IMG/VR virus record: IMGVR_UViG_3300050154_000158
Source of the DNA: a virus
Direction: 5' to 3' (one strand)
DNA: 59,347 nucleotides
The notes under the pieces were generated by a model. That model saw nothing but the letters and a program-made list of their open reading frames with translations. It did no database searches and had not been told where the DNA came from. The position numbers were made by a program, and so were the translations under genes. Positions 33,860 to 43,251 of the stretch are shown piece after piece (position 1 is the first letter of the stretch; every line of letters starts with the position of its first letter).

Positions 33860-35086
33860 ATGAAAAAGATCTGCCAGTTCGCTTCTATCCAAAAGGTAGA
33901 GAGTAACGATGACGGAACAATCACTGTAATTGGCATTGCCTCTGATATGTCCACTGATGCAGATGGCGAAGTTATTACTGCTGATGCAATGAAGGCGGCC
34001 ATCCCTGATTACATGGCGTTAGGAACTGGTGCGCTACGAGAAATGCATCAGTTAAGCGCTGCCGGCAAAGTGAATAAGGCTGAGGTTAATGACTTAGGCC
34101 AAACCATCATTGAAGCAACTGTTGTTGATCCTGTTGCCATTCTCAAGGTTCAACAGGGCGTTTATAAAGGTTTTTCTGTTGGCGGAAGCTCCACAGCAAA
34201 ACTGGGCAAGATGATCACTGGATTGCGCCTCACCGAGATCAGTTTGGTTGATAAGCCAAACAACCCTAATGCAATTATCCATATGTGGAAGTGCGAAGAT
34301 TTTAACAAGCCCGGGGAAGACCCGGATCAACCCCCGGAGAACAACATGAGCCAAAACGAAAACCGACCGGTTGTTAAAGCCGAAACAGTTGGTGATGTAG
34401 CCAAAGGCATGTATGCAGTCAGCGACTTTGCCTGCTTCCTGCGTGAAATAGCTTGGATGGTTGACGATGCCAAGTGGGAGTCTGAAAGCGAAGGGGATAA
34501 CAGCCCCGTGCCTGGTCAGTTAAAAACATGGCTTGAGCTTGGCGTGGAAATCTTCCAAGACATGGCAAAAGAAGAAACGTCAGAACTGATCGCGTCATTG
34601 CAAAAAGCTCACGCTGCAAATGATATTGCCAAGGCGGATATGGCAGTTGTAGTGACAGCTGAAGTTAAACCGGTAGAAGCGATAGTTGCCGCTGTCGTTG
34701 AGAAAGCAGAAGTTGCTGCTGATAAACAGGTAGTTCAACCAGTCATCGAAGAGCAGATCCAAAAAGTTGAACCTGCGCAGGACATTACCAAGGCTTTAGC
34801 GCCGGTAATGGATGTGATTAAAGCGCTACAGGCTCAAAACGAACAGCTGATCAAGGCGCAAACTGATTTATCTACTCGTTTAAATTCGCTACCTGCGCAA
34901 CCTAAAGGCGTGCTGATCGAGAAAGCGGCTGATGCAAGCAGCATTGCGCTTAGCCCAGATACATCAACGACCGTTGAGCCAGTTCGCAAAGCTGATGGCT
35001 CAGTCGATACCGAAGCCACTTTAATGAAAAACTTTTACGCCAACGCACGGCCAGTATCTCTGGCGGCACATCAAGTTAATCGTTGA
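33860..35086 (+). CDS. putative prohead protease/scaffold protein
   Basis: Sits between portal and capsid genes. The N-terminal domain (ITVIGIASDMSTDADGEVIT...REMHQ...YKGFSVGG) resembles prohead protease/XkdF-like proteins. The C-terminal half is acidic and helical. Confidence 0.45.
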   Translation: MKKICQFASIQKVESNDDGTITVIGIASDMSTDADGEVITADAMKAAIPDYMALGTGALREMHQLSAAGKVNKAEVNDLGQTIIEATVVDPVAILKVQQGVYKGFSVGGSSTAKLGKMITGLRLTEISLVDKPNNPNAIIHMWKCEDFNKPGEDPDQPPENNMSQNENRPVVKAETVGDVAKGMYAVSDFACFLREIAWMVDDAKWESESEGDNSPVPGQLKTWLELGVEIFQDMAKEETSELIASLQKAHAANDIAKADMAVVVTAEVKPVEAIVAAVVEKAEVAADKQVVQPVIEEQIQKVEPAQDITKALAPVMDVIKALQAQNEQLIKAQTDLSTRLNSLPAQPKGVLIEKAADASSIALSPDTSTTVEPVRKADGSVDTEATLMKNFYANARPVSLAAHQVNR

Positions 35087-35109
35087 GTGATACTCACTTA
35101 ACAACCCAT

Positions 35110-35132
35110 ACCACCAAGCGGTGGTTTTTTTA
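35110..35132 (+). terminator. Rho-independent terminator
   Basis: ACCACC-aagc-GGTGGT followed by TTTTTTT. Confidence 0.65.
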
Positions 35133-35148
35133 TGTCTGAAAAATCACT

Positions 35149-35170
35149 GCCGCCATAGAGCGGCTTTTTT
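35149..35170 (+). terminator. second tandem terminator upstream of the capsid gene
   Basis: GCCGC-cataga-GCGGC followed by TTTTTT. Confidence 0.6.
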
Positions 35171-35185
35171 ATTTGGAGAAACACA

Positions 35186-36679
35186 ATGAGTATCACTGAG
35201 CAGACCCTCAATGACGTAAAAAAAGCGCAACAGGATATTAATAAGACTGTTAGCGTTTCAACCGGTCTGACTGGTTATGATCTGCAAGCTCCCGCCAAAA
35301 ATCTGTACCCAGTTTTAACGCCACTGCGTAACAAATTGCCGCGTGTTCCTGGTAATGGTGGACTGGCTACCAACTGGAAATCGGTCAAGGGTTTAACTGG
35401 TTCTGGCATTTCTTCCATGCCATGGGTTCCTGAAGGTCAACGCTCAGGCCGCATGAGCTACCAAACCGAGTTGAAAGCAGCAAACTACGCGACTTTCGGT
35501 GAAGAAGATGCAGTAACCTTCGAAGCGGAAAGCGCTGGTCGCACATTCGAAGATATCCGCGCAACTGCTGCTGTGCGCTTACTACAGCAAACCATGATCA
35601 AAGAAGAAAAAGCCATTCTGGCTGGTAACGCTTCGTTGGTTTTGGCGCAACCTACAGCTCCGACTCTGGCTGCTACTGGTTCCGGTGCTACTTTGCCAGC
35701 GTTGACCTACTCGGTAATCGTTGCTGCATTAACACTGGAAGGTTACCTGGCTAATGGCGGCGCATCTGCAACACAGTTGATCACAACCAAATCAATCACT
35801 GGCGCCGATGGCAATAGCTACTCGCTGAATGGTGGTGTATCTAAAAAATCAGCTAATACCACTCAAGCGGTTACGCTGGGCCAGATCTTATCTGCAACCA
35901 CCCCAGTCGTTAATGGTGCGGTTGCTTACGCGTGGTTTGTTGGTGCCGCTGGCGCTGAAACACTGCAATGCATTACCTCAATCAACTCGGCCACATTCTC
36001 AGCTCCATTAAGCTCTGGCAACATGGCTGCAACTTCACTGAGCACCTCAGTGGATTATTCAGCTAACTCCGGCATGGCATTTGATGGATTCATCACATCC
36101 GCCTTCTTGCCATCAAACTCAGCTTACGTAGTGAGTCAGGCAACGGGTACTGCTGGCGTTGGTACACCGTTGACATCAGGTGGTCGCGGTAACGTGGTTG
36201 AAATCGATACAATGCTGCGAACCATGTGGGAAAACTTCCGCTTGGGCGTTACGGTGATCTATTGCAACAGCCAAGAGTTAACCAACATCACGAACAAAGT
36301 AATGACTACCGCCAGCGGCACATTACTGCGTTACAACAGTGATAACGGTAGCGGCAGCGACCCATACAAGATCAATGCAAATGGTGTTGTAACTAACTAC
36401 TACAACCCATACCTGCCAGGTGGCGGTCGCATGATCCCAATCGTAATTCATCCAAACCTGCCGGCAGGTACTATGTTTGGTTATTGCGAAGATCTGCCGC
36501 TGCACTACCAAAACAACAACGTTCAAAACGTTGCAGAAATGCATATGCGCCGCGATTACTACCAGTTGGATTGGCCTCTGCGTTCACGCCAGTACGAAAT
36601 GGGCGTTTATGCGGAAGGCGTATTGGCTAACTACTTCCCCGCGGCCATGGCAATTATCACCAACATTGCCAACGGTTAA
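35186..36679 (+). CDS. major capsid protein
   Basis: 497-aa ORF after the scaffold gene. N-terminal LYPVLTPLRNKLPRVPG...NWKSV resembles N4-gp56-type capsid proteins by eye. Flanked by strong hairpin/RBS units. Confidence 0.65.
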   Translation: MSITEQTLNDVKKAQQDINKTVSVSTGLTGYDLQAPAKNLYPVLTPLRNKLPRVPGNGGLATNWKSVKGLTGSGISSMPWVPEGQRSGRMSYQTELKAANYATFGEEDAVTFEAESAGRTFEDIRATAAVRLLQQTMIKEEKAILAGNASLVLAQPTAPTLAATGSGATLPALTYSVIVAALTLEGYLANGGASATQLITTKSITGADGNSYSLNGGVSKKSANTTQAVTLGQILSATTPVVNGAVAYAWFVGAAGAETLQCITSINSATFSAPLSSGNMAATSLSTSVDYSANSGMAFDGFITSAFLPSNSAYVVSQATGTAGVGTPLTSGGRGNVVEIDTMLRTMWENFRLGVTVIYCNSQELTNITNKVMTTASGTLLRYNSDNGSGSDPYKINANGVVTNYYNPYLPGGGRMIPIVIHPNLPAGTMFGYCEDLPLHYQNNNVQNVAEMHMRRDYYQLDWPLRSRQYEMGVYAEGVLANYFPAAMAIITNIANG

Positions 36680-36688
36680 TGACTTCAA

Positions 36689-36718
36689 GCCCTGCTTCGG
36701 CGGGGCCTTCTTGTTTTT
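36689..36718 (+). terminator. hairpin (UUCG loop) plus U-rich tract
   Basis: GCCCTGC-ttcg-GCGGGGC followed by cttcttgttttt. Confidence 0.55.
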
Positions 36719-36728
36719 GGAGTAAATA

Positions 36729-36920
36729 ATGGAATTAAGTGGCTCAACGGTCGTTGTGCAGTCTCAAACCGCAGGCGACTCTTTCACATTCAATGATACG
36801 CAGTACACAGCCAATCAAGATGGCTTGGTTGAAGTTCCTGTTGAGTGTGTTTCTGAAATATTGCCATTTGCTTTTGTGCCAACTGACAAAACAATCACTA
36901 CCAAATCAAAATCCAAATAA
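36729..36920 (+). CDS. hypothetical protein (63 aa), head module
   Basis: ORF with a GGAG RBS after the capsid gene. Confidence 0.5.
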   Translation: MELSGSTVVVQSQTAGDSFTFNDTQYTANQDGLVEVPVECVSEILPFAFVPTDKTITTKSKSK

Positions 36921-36929
36921 GGTGATCCT

Positions 36930-37700
36930 ATGGGTTACGTTACTATCGCAGAGGCACCAAATTACGGAGCATCAACTGACGTAACTCAAAATCAGTTAGA
37001 TCAGGCAGCAGTGGTTGTTAATTCATTTTGCGGGAAGCCTGACGGGTTTCTTGTTGAGATGAATAACGGTGATCCGGTTTGCATGGCTCATGCTTCACCT
37101 TCATTTTCGTATCAATCATTATCACCTTTGTCGGCGGGAGCTAATGTTCAGGCTTCACTTCCTCAATGGATCCCGATAACCATCGGCGATGCACTGATCA
37201 TAGATAGAGGTACAGCGACAGCCGAATGCGTAATCGTTACCACCATTAATGCAAATGGTTCCGTTGTCTTCGCCAGTGTGAAATACAATCACGCAACACC
37301 GTTGTGTGTTGGCGGGCTGGTTATCACAGAAGAAAAGCGGGTTTCTGCCAAAGGCATTTATCCGTTAAGACGATCACCACTGGTAAGTTTGTTTTCGCTC
37401 TGTGCAAATTCACTTCAAATCCAGCGACCAAAATGGATTGATGGCACCCGCTTAGATTTGACGATGCTGTCAGGCGAAATGGTTAAAGCTTGTTATTTGG
37501 CCGGATACACCAAGGCACCAGAAGCTATTAAATCAGCAACTGTCCTTGTTGCTAATCAAATGGCTGAGTTGGTCACGACAGGGGCAACAAACTTTAAATC
37601 CGAAGAGTACGGCGGCCGTAAATACGAGCGATTTGCTGGAGTCGGCTTCATTGATTCTCGCATTGCTCAGTTACTCGCGCCGTATAAGGCTGTCGTATGA
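36930..37700 (+). CDS. hypothetical morphogenesis-module protein (256 aa)
   Basis: Long ORF, coupled to the next gene by a 4-nt overlap. Confidence 0.6.
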   Translation: MGYVTIAEAPNYGASTDVTQNQLDQAAVVVNSFCGKPDGFLVEMNNGDPVCMAHASPSFSYQSLSPLSAGANVQASLPQWIPITIGDALIIDRGTATAECVIVTTINANGSVVFASVKYNHATPLCVGGLVITEEKRVSAKGIYPLRRSPLVSLFSLCANSLQIQRPKWIDGTRLDLTMLSGEMVKACYLAGYTKAPEAIKSATVLVANQMAELVTTGATNFKSEEYGGRKYERFAGVGFIDSRIAQLLAPYKAVV

Positions 37701-38323
37701 ATCAACAGCAACTGTTTTGGCGGCAATACGGCTATATAGCCAAGCGGACAGGACAACCTCACGCATTCACCAGACCAAATTCGGCAATATCGAACGCGCA
37801 GTCGCCATATTTGACTCAGTACGCCAGCTTTAATCAGGATTTTGGCTATTCAAAGCCCAATAAATACGGCGTGGCCACTTGGTGTGGGGTGTTTGACGGC
37901 ACTCAATGCAATGTCGGTGATGTAATTTCTGGTCCTGCTGGCGTTTATTTCATCGCTGCAATGCAGTACACGCTGCCGATCTACTGCGTTCAGTGCAATA
38001 GAACTATCTCAGTGCTGCGCGTTACTCCTGATTCAGGTGTCGGCATTGGTAGCTATGGTGGCAATACAGCAGAGAATGAAGTGGTGCTTATGTCTGGTTG
38101 TCCTGCGTCAATATTGCAAGGCACGAAAGGCGAGGCGAATGATGCCAAGTTACCTGGTGATGTAAGAACGCCATGGTGGGCTATCTTGTTTCCTACCTTT
38201 GATGGTGTTGTTCTGCGAACCAGCGACATTATCACTGACGACATTGGGCGGCGCTACATTATATCGAGTGCTGAATTGACTGATATGGGATGGCGAATTA
38301 CCGCCATGCAAGCGCAGGTGTGA
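37697..38323 (+). CDS. hypothetical morphogenesis-module protein (208 aa)
   Basis: Long ORF in the head-tail joining region. Confidence 0.6.
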   Translation: MNQQQLFWRQYGYIAKRTGQPHAFTRPNSAISNAQSPYLTQYASFNQDFGYSKPNKYGVATWCGVFDGTQCNVGDVISGPAGVYFIAAMQYTLPIYCVQCNRTISVLRVTPDSGVGIGSYGGNTAENEVVLMSGCPASILQGTKGEANDAKLPGDVRTPWWAILFPTFDGVVLRTSDIITDDIGRRYIISSAELTDMGWRITAMQAQV

Positions 38324-38324
38324 T

Positions 38325-38573
38325 ATGAGACTTAGTGAGATTGTTGCATTGGTTTCAGGTTCGGAATCAATTACATGCGCTCGTAGTTTTTGGTGTGGAA
38401 AGGCGTTATTGGTCATTCAAAACGGAAGAATGCAAATCAGATGTCGTGGTGAAAGTATTTTCTTTAACTACTCACCATCATTTGGGGATGTGAATGCCGA
38501 TGATTGGAAGATAGTTAAATCGTTGTTAGCGCACTCAATAGATGGCTCTATTGAGGAGGTGTTAATTGCCTGA
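38325..38573 (+). CDS. DUF2829-like small protein (Tad2 family candidate), 82 aa
   Basis: The pattern SEIVALVSGSESITCARSFW.GK...YSPSFGDVNADDWKIV fits my recollection of the DUF2829 consensus (f.eAl.al..G..i.R..W.g ... p..s..DllAdDW.iv). Confidence 0.4.
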   Translation: MRLSEIVALVSGSESITCARSFWCGKALLVIQNGRMQIRCRGESIFFNYSPSFGDVNADDWKIVKSLLAHSIDGSIEEVLIA

Positions 38574-39393
38574 TTTATCAGAAGTTGCCGATACACTAGT
38601 GAGTAAGGCATGTGCTGCGGTTTATCCAAGCGGCACATCACAGCCAAGTGTTTGCGGTGCAGCGGTTAAGCTCTTTCAAGGCTGGCCAGTGCCTAATGAC
38701 CTTGAGGCATCACTAAAGGCAGGAAAGGTTCAGGTGTCAGTCTATCCACTGCCAACCGAGCGCAAAACAAACCGGAATATCAGCCGGCAGTGGAATGTTA
38801 TCGACCCTGGCAGCCCAACGATAACCACAACAGTATCTGGCTCAACCATCACATTTGCAGGAACGGTATCGACACCTCAGAACGTTTATATTTTGGTGAA
38901 CGGGAAGGGTTATCAATACTCGGTACAGGCAAATGACACGCTGACCAGTATTGCTACATCACTGACTGCCCTGATTAAAGTAAACATTCCGGCTGCAAGC
39001 AGCTCTGGTGCCGCAATCACCGTTCCTTCCGCATATTCGTTGATCGCCCGCACCGGTGGTATCGGTTCAGCGGTTCTTGAGTTAAAGCGACAGGAAAAAG
39101 AGTTTCAAATTACCGTGTGGGCGCCAACGCCGACTAAACGGAATCAAGTGGCCGAGGCTATTGATGTCGCGCTGTGTGAATTCACGGACATCATTTTCGC
39201 CGATCAATCACACGGGATAATGCGCTACTGCCGCACATTTCAATCAGACCAAACTGAGAAGTCAGGCCTGTACCGGCGCGATCTGGTTTATTCCATTGAT
39301 TACGCCACTACGAAAACCGCAGATGGTGGTGCTCCGCAAATTCTTGCAGTTTCAACCAGCCTTACTACTCCACAAACAATTACATCCGACTAG
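38566..39393 (+). CDS. hypothetical morphogenesis-module protein (275 aa)
   Basis: Long ORF overlapping the previous gene by 8 nt. Confidence 0.6.
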   Translation: MPDLSEVADTLVSKACAAVYPSGTSQPSVCGAAVKLFQGWPVPNDLEASLKAGKVQVSVYPLPTERKTNRNISRQWNVIDPGSPTITTTVSGSTITFAGTVSTPQNVYILVNGKGYQYSVQANDTLTSIATSLTALIKVNIPAASSSGAAITVPSAYSLIARTGGIGSAVLELKRQEKEFQITVWAPTPTKRNQVAEAIDVALCEFTDIIFADQSHGIMRYCRTFQSDQTEKSGLYRRDLVYSIDYATTKTADGGAPQILAVSTSLTTPQTITSD

Positions 39394-39401
39394 GAGACTC
39401 C

Positions 39402-39554
39402 ATGTCAGAACCACAAAACGACCTTGGTTACGAGTTGGTCGTCGTACATGCCTTTGCTGATTACCAGCGTGGCGATGTCATTGCCGATGCAAAAAACATT
39501 ACTGAAATTCTGGAAGGCGAGTGCGCTGCCTATGTGAATAAACGCGCCATTTAA
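39402..39554 (+). CDS. hypothetical 50-aa protein
   Basis: tAGGAGactccATG RBS. Below the ORF-track cutoff. Followed by a terminator. Confidence 0.45.
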   Translation: MSEPQNDLGYELVVVHAFADYQRGDVIADAKNITEILEGECAAYVNKRAI

Positions 39555-39573
39555 GCTTAACCAAATCATCACG

Positions 39574-39599
39574 AACCCAGCCATTGCGCTGGGTTTTTT
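39574..39599 (+). terminator. Rho-independent terminator upstream of the sheath gene
   Basis: AACCCAGC-cattgc-GCTGGGTT followed by TTTT. Confidence 0.7.
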
Positions 39600-39617
39600 C
39601 GTTTATAGGAGATAGCA

Positions 39618-41171
39618 ATGCCAATTTATCAGGCAGGTAGCTTAAATACGGCGGCATTGTCTGCGCCTGACTTGTATGTGCAGATCATTGCACCGAAAAC
39701 CCGCTATATCAACGGCGTGGCTACTGACGGCCTCGGTATTGTTGGTGTTGCGTCATGGGGTCCAGTTAATAGCCCATTCTTAATCGGTTCACCAAACGAT
39801 CAAGCTCTGTATCTCGGCGCACCTCAGGTTCGTAAGTACGACTTATCTACTGCGGTTTCGGTGGCCTTACAATTAGGTGCAGCGAATATCAAAGCGGTGC
39901 GTATCACTGACGGCACTGATGTGGCTGCATCGATTGCGCTGAAAGATACCTTCACTACACCAGCAACCGGCGCAACATTGACGGCGTTCTATACCGGTAC
40001 GTTGGGTAACACCATTACCGCGGCGATCACCGCTGGTACTGCAAACAACACCTTCAAGCTGACGATTTACTTCCCGGGCGCGAATCCAGAAGTGTTCGAT
40101 AACATTGCTGGCACCGGTGCGACATTCTGGGCGAATCTGGTTTCAGCGGTTAACAATGGTCAATCAGGCGTTCGTGGCGCATCTCAGTTGGTTGTTGCCA
40201 CTATCGGTACAGGCACGGCAACGCCCAATATCGTTACTACCTACACGCTGACCGGCGGCACGGATGGTGCAACCACTATCACTGATTCGCTGTTAGTTGG
40301 TACTGATGGTACCAGCACAACTCGCAAAGGTATGTACGCACTGCGCGGCGCCGGTACGCAAGTGTTCAACCTCGTCGATTTAACTGATTCAACTCAGTGG
40401 CCTACGATGCTGACCTTTGCCAATCAGGAAGGTTCATGGGCTATCACTCAGGGGCCAGCAGGTGCCACATACAGTACGGTTGCCACATCACTGAATACTG
40501 TTGGTGCTGATGATTGGCACATTAAAGTGCTGATTGGAGATTGGCCTTACTGGAATGACACGGTCAACAACCAAGTGCGCATGCTTTCACCTGCTACCTT
40601 TATTGCTGCGCTTTACGCCGCTCAATCGCCTCATATTTCTGGCTTGAATAAGGCGATCAAAAATATTGTCGCAACTCAGCGACAGAAAGCGAATCAACCG
40701 TACAGTCTTGCCGAAATTGGCGCAATCAACTCGGCTCGTCTGGATGTGATCACCAATCCTGCACCAGGCGGAAACTACTTTGCACTCCGTTCTGGTCGCA
40801 ATGCCAGCTCAACGCAGTCGCAAAATGATGACACCTACACGCGAATGACCAACTTCATTTCGCTGACGATTGCCTCGGCATTTGGTTATGTCATCGGTCA
40901 AAACCACACGTTAGACCTGCGTCGAGAAACGAAATCAACGATTGAAGCGTTTCTAGCGAACCTGCAACAGCAAGGCATGATCGGAGACCCTAACGGCGGC
41001 CCATGTTTCTCTGTGCAGATCGACAAAACCAATAACCCTGATTCCCGCGTTGCGCTCGGCTACATGCAGTGCGATGTGCAGGTGAAATTTTGGAATACCG
41101 TTCGTTACTTCCTGGTGAATCTGGAGGCTGGCGGCTCTGTCAGCGTCACTGTTTCAGCTAACCCGCGCTAA
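39618..41171 (+). CDS. contractile tail sheath protein
   Basis: 517-aa ORF immediately upstream of a 143-aa tube-sized gene. Strong RBS. The order sheath-tube-chaperone-tape measure matches myoviruses. Confidence 0.75.
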   Translation: MPIYQAGSLNTAALSAPDLYVQIIAPKTRYINGVATDGLGIVGVASWGPVNSPFLIGSPNDQALYLGAPQVRKYDLSTAVSVALQLGAANIKAVRITDGTDVAASIALKDTFTTPATGATLTAFYTGTLGNTITAAITAGTANNTFKLTIYFPGANPEVFDNIAGTGATFWANLVSAVNNGQSGVRGASQLVVATIGTGTATPNIVTTYTLTGGTDGATTITDSLLVGTDGTSTTRKGMYALRGAGTQVFNLVDLTDSTQWPTMLTFANQEGSWAITQGPAGATYSTVATSLNTVGADDWHIKVLIGDWPYWNDTVNNQVRMLSPATFIAALYAAQSPHISGLNKAIKNIVATQRQKANQPYSLAEIGAINSARLDVITNPAPGGNYFALRSGRNASSTQSQNDDTYTRMTNFISLTIASAFGYVIGQNHTLDLRRETKSTIEAFLANLQQQGMIGDPNGGPCFSVQIDKTNNPDSRVALGYMQCDVQVKFWNTVRYFLVNLEAGGSVSVTVSANPR

Positions 41172-41191
41172 TCACACCTCAATCAATAACT

Positions 41192-41214
41192 AACCCGCTT
41201 CGGCGGGTTTTTTC
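41192..41214 (+). terminator. Rho-independent terminator
   Basis: AACCCGC-ttcg-GCGGGTT followed by TTTTT. Confidence 0.7.
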
Positions 41215-41231
41215 GTTTATGGAGAAAAACC

Positions 41232-41663
41232 ATGCCACAAGCAGGCTACACGATTGGGCGTGATATAGCGTTCGACGTGATGACATCCTACGGGCCACTT
41301 CGCATTCCGAAGGTGACTAAGTTCACTAAAAAGCCCGGTATTAACCAGATCAAGATCGTCCTGTTAACCGGCAACGTTGACACACTGCAAGTTCCTGATG
41401 GTTGGAGCGGCACGATTGAGTGCGAACGTGCAGGCGCAACACTGGATAACTTCTGGGCCCAATGGGAAGACGACTACTACAACGGCATCGACCAAGGTAA
41501 GGCAACCATTACGGAAACCATTACCGAGCCAGATGGCAGCGTTTCAGTGTTCCGTTACGAACAGGTTCAGTTGCACTTAACAGATGCCGGTGATGCGGAA
41601 GGTGACAAGAACGTTAAGCAGTCACTTGCGTGGACATCGCGACGCCGGAAAAAGGTCGGTTAA
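41232..41663 (+). CDS. tail tube protein
   Basis: 143 aa, directly after the sheath gene. Confidence 0.65.
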   Translation: MPQAGYTIGRDIAFDVMTSYGPLRIPKVTKFTKKPGINQIKIVLLTGNVDTLQVPDGWSGTIECERAGATLDNFWAQWEDDYYNGIDQGKATITETITEPDGSVSVFRYEQVQLHLTDAGDAEGDKNVKQSLAWTSRRRKKVG

Positions 41664-41732
41664 TCAAATCAGAGCCTCAGCAGAAATGCCGGGGCTTTTT
41701 CTTTATCAATTAATCACTATGTGAGACCTAAA

Positions 41733-42254
41733 ATGAATGATCTTATTTTTGAAAATAGCCGATTATCACTAATCGAGTTTAACGGCTCGGTATGGCTTAA
41801 ATCATCCGATATAGCAAAAGCACTCGGATATAAAAACATCGGCAAAATGAGCCGGATTTACAACCTACATAAAGACGAATTTTCAGCATCAATGAGCGTT
41901 GTCATCGAGATGCCCGTTTCGGGCATGTCGAATCTAGTGACAGAAACTAGACTGTTTAGTCTTCGCGGTGCTCATTTGCTTGGCATGTTTGCCAGAACAT
42001 CAAAAGGCGTTGCATTCAGAAAGTGGGTGTTAGATCAGCTCGATAGCATGGAGCAAAAAAACAAAGCAAATCATTCATTGATAGCTGAGTTTTACAGAGT
42101 TAGCGCGGACTTAGAAAGTCAAAATAAATTCGCCAGCATGTGTGGAAAAGGGTTAAGTGAACACAAAAAGAAAAAACCAGCGCTGGTGCAAAAGGTATTT
42201 GATGCAGCAAAAAGAGTACAGCAAGAACTACCACTGATTGCATGGGAGGCTTGA
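41733..42254 (+). CDS. Bro-N domain protein inserted in the tail module
   Basis: The N-terminus LIFENSRLSLIEFNGSVWLKSSDIAKALGYKN fits Bro-N. Confidence 0.65.
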   Translation: MNDLIFENSRLSLIEFNGSVWLKSSDIAKALGYKNIGKMSRIYNLHKDEFSASMSVVIEMPVSGMSNLVTETRLFSLRGAHLLGMFARTSKGVAFRKWVLDQLDSMEQKNKANHSLIAEFYRVSADLESQNKFASMCGKGLSEHKKKKPALVQKVFDAAKRVQQELPLIAWEA

Positions 42255-42255
42255 T

Positions 42256-42627
42256 ATGACCGCATCAGAATACATTGCAAAAATGAACGAATTGATAATT
42301 GAAGGTTATCTTGTCGCTAGCGTAAAAAGATTTGGAGAGCCATCCGCTGTTTACGACAAGGATCACAAGCTTCCTCTATCACTTAGTTTCTTACGTGGGT
42401 TTATGTTGACCGGATTTGTCGAATCCTATGGTGAAGAGCATGCAACACCTGTGATTCATCGCGCCATGCTCCAACCAGAAGTTAAGCGGGGAATGATAAT
42501 TGATGGAAATGACAAGCCAATTCCAGTTTTAACTGATCTTGGGCTGGAGATGATGGACGTTGCGCTAATGGAATATACAGAAAAGCTAATAGAACAAAAA
42601 AGCCCACTCATTCAACCATCTCAATAG
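42256..42627 (+). CDS. hypothetical protein (123 aa)
   Basis: GGAGG RBS. Starts 2 nt after the Bro-N gene stop. Confidence 0.55.
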   Translation: MTASEYIAKMNELIIEGYLVASVKRFGEPSAVYDKDHKLPLSLSFLRGFMLTGFVESYGEEHATPVIHRAMLQPEVKRGMIIDGNDKPIPVLTDLGLEMMDVALMEYTEKLIEQKSPLIQPSQ

Positions 42628-42655
42628 ATCGTTAATCTCAAAATAACCAAAATCT

Positions 42656-42685
42656 ACCTCGCATTTGCGGGGTTTCGTTTTTTAT
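42656..42685 (+). terminator. hairpin plus U-rich tract
   Basis: ACCTCGC-attt-GCGGGGT followed by ttcgtttttt. Confidence 0.55.
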
Positions 42686-42697
42686 AAGGACTCCAAA

Positions 42698-43072
42698 ATG
42701 GCAAACGTTAAAATCCGCGAATCAGCAGTAGCAGAAGTTAAACCAGCCGCACCAGTTAAAGACACCGTCACCGACTCGAAAGGGCGGGTTATTAAGTTGC
42801 GTGAACTGGATCCACTGCAACAATCACGGCTAACTCTTGCTGTTGGCAGTGAAGCGGCAATGAATCAGGCGTACATGGGTGCATTTGTGTATCCAGTGGC
42901 AATGGTTGAATACATTGACGAAGATTTTTATGGCTTCCCAGCAAGTATTGCGCAGATTGAATCTGTGTTGAAAGTGTTGGGCAGTGAAGGTACGGCTGCG
43001 GTTATCAAATATTTGTCTGAGAAGGCGGAAGCAGCAAGCGCGGAAGCGGAGAAACAAGCAGCAAAAAACTAG
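42698..43072 (+). CDS. tail assembly chaperone, zero-frame product (124 aa)
   Basis: Sits between tube and tape measure genes. Ends just after the slippery heptamer A AAA AAC (43063-43069). Confidence 0.65.
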   Translation: MANVKIRESAVAEVKPAAPVKDTVTDSKGRVIKLRELDPLQQSRLTLAVGSEAAMNQAYMGAFVYPVAMVEYIDEDFYGFPASIAQIESVLKVLGSEGTAAVIKYLSEKAEAASAEAEKQAAKN

Positions 43073-43251
43073 TAAAGAACCCAAATTTCAGAAGTCGATG
43101 CTGGCTTGTCAGAAATGGGGTTCCCTTCGAGCGAGTTTTTAATTGCGACGAACTGTTATCACATGAGCGCATGGCTATGTCGATCACCTTCTCTGAGTTT
43201 GAGGGAAATGAATTTGATTGGCGGAACATGTGCTTTAAGGAGCGCGAGTAA
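42698..43251 (+). CDS. tail assembly chaperone, predicted -1 frameshift product (about 183 aa)
   Basis: After a -1 slip at 43063-43069 the frame stays open for 60 codons. It stops at TAA 43249-43251, which overlaps the ATG of the next gene. Confidence 0.55.
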
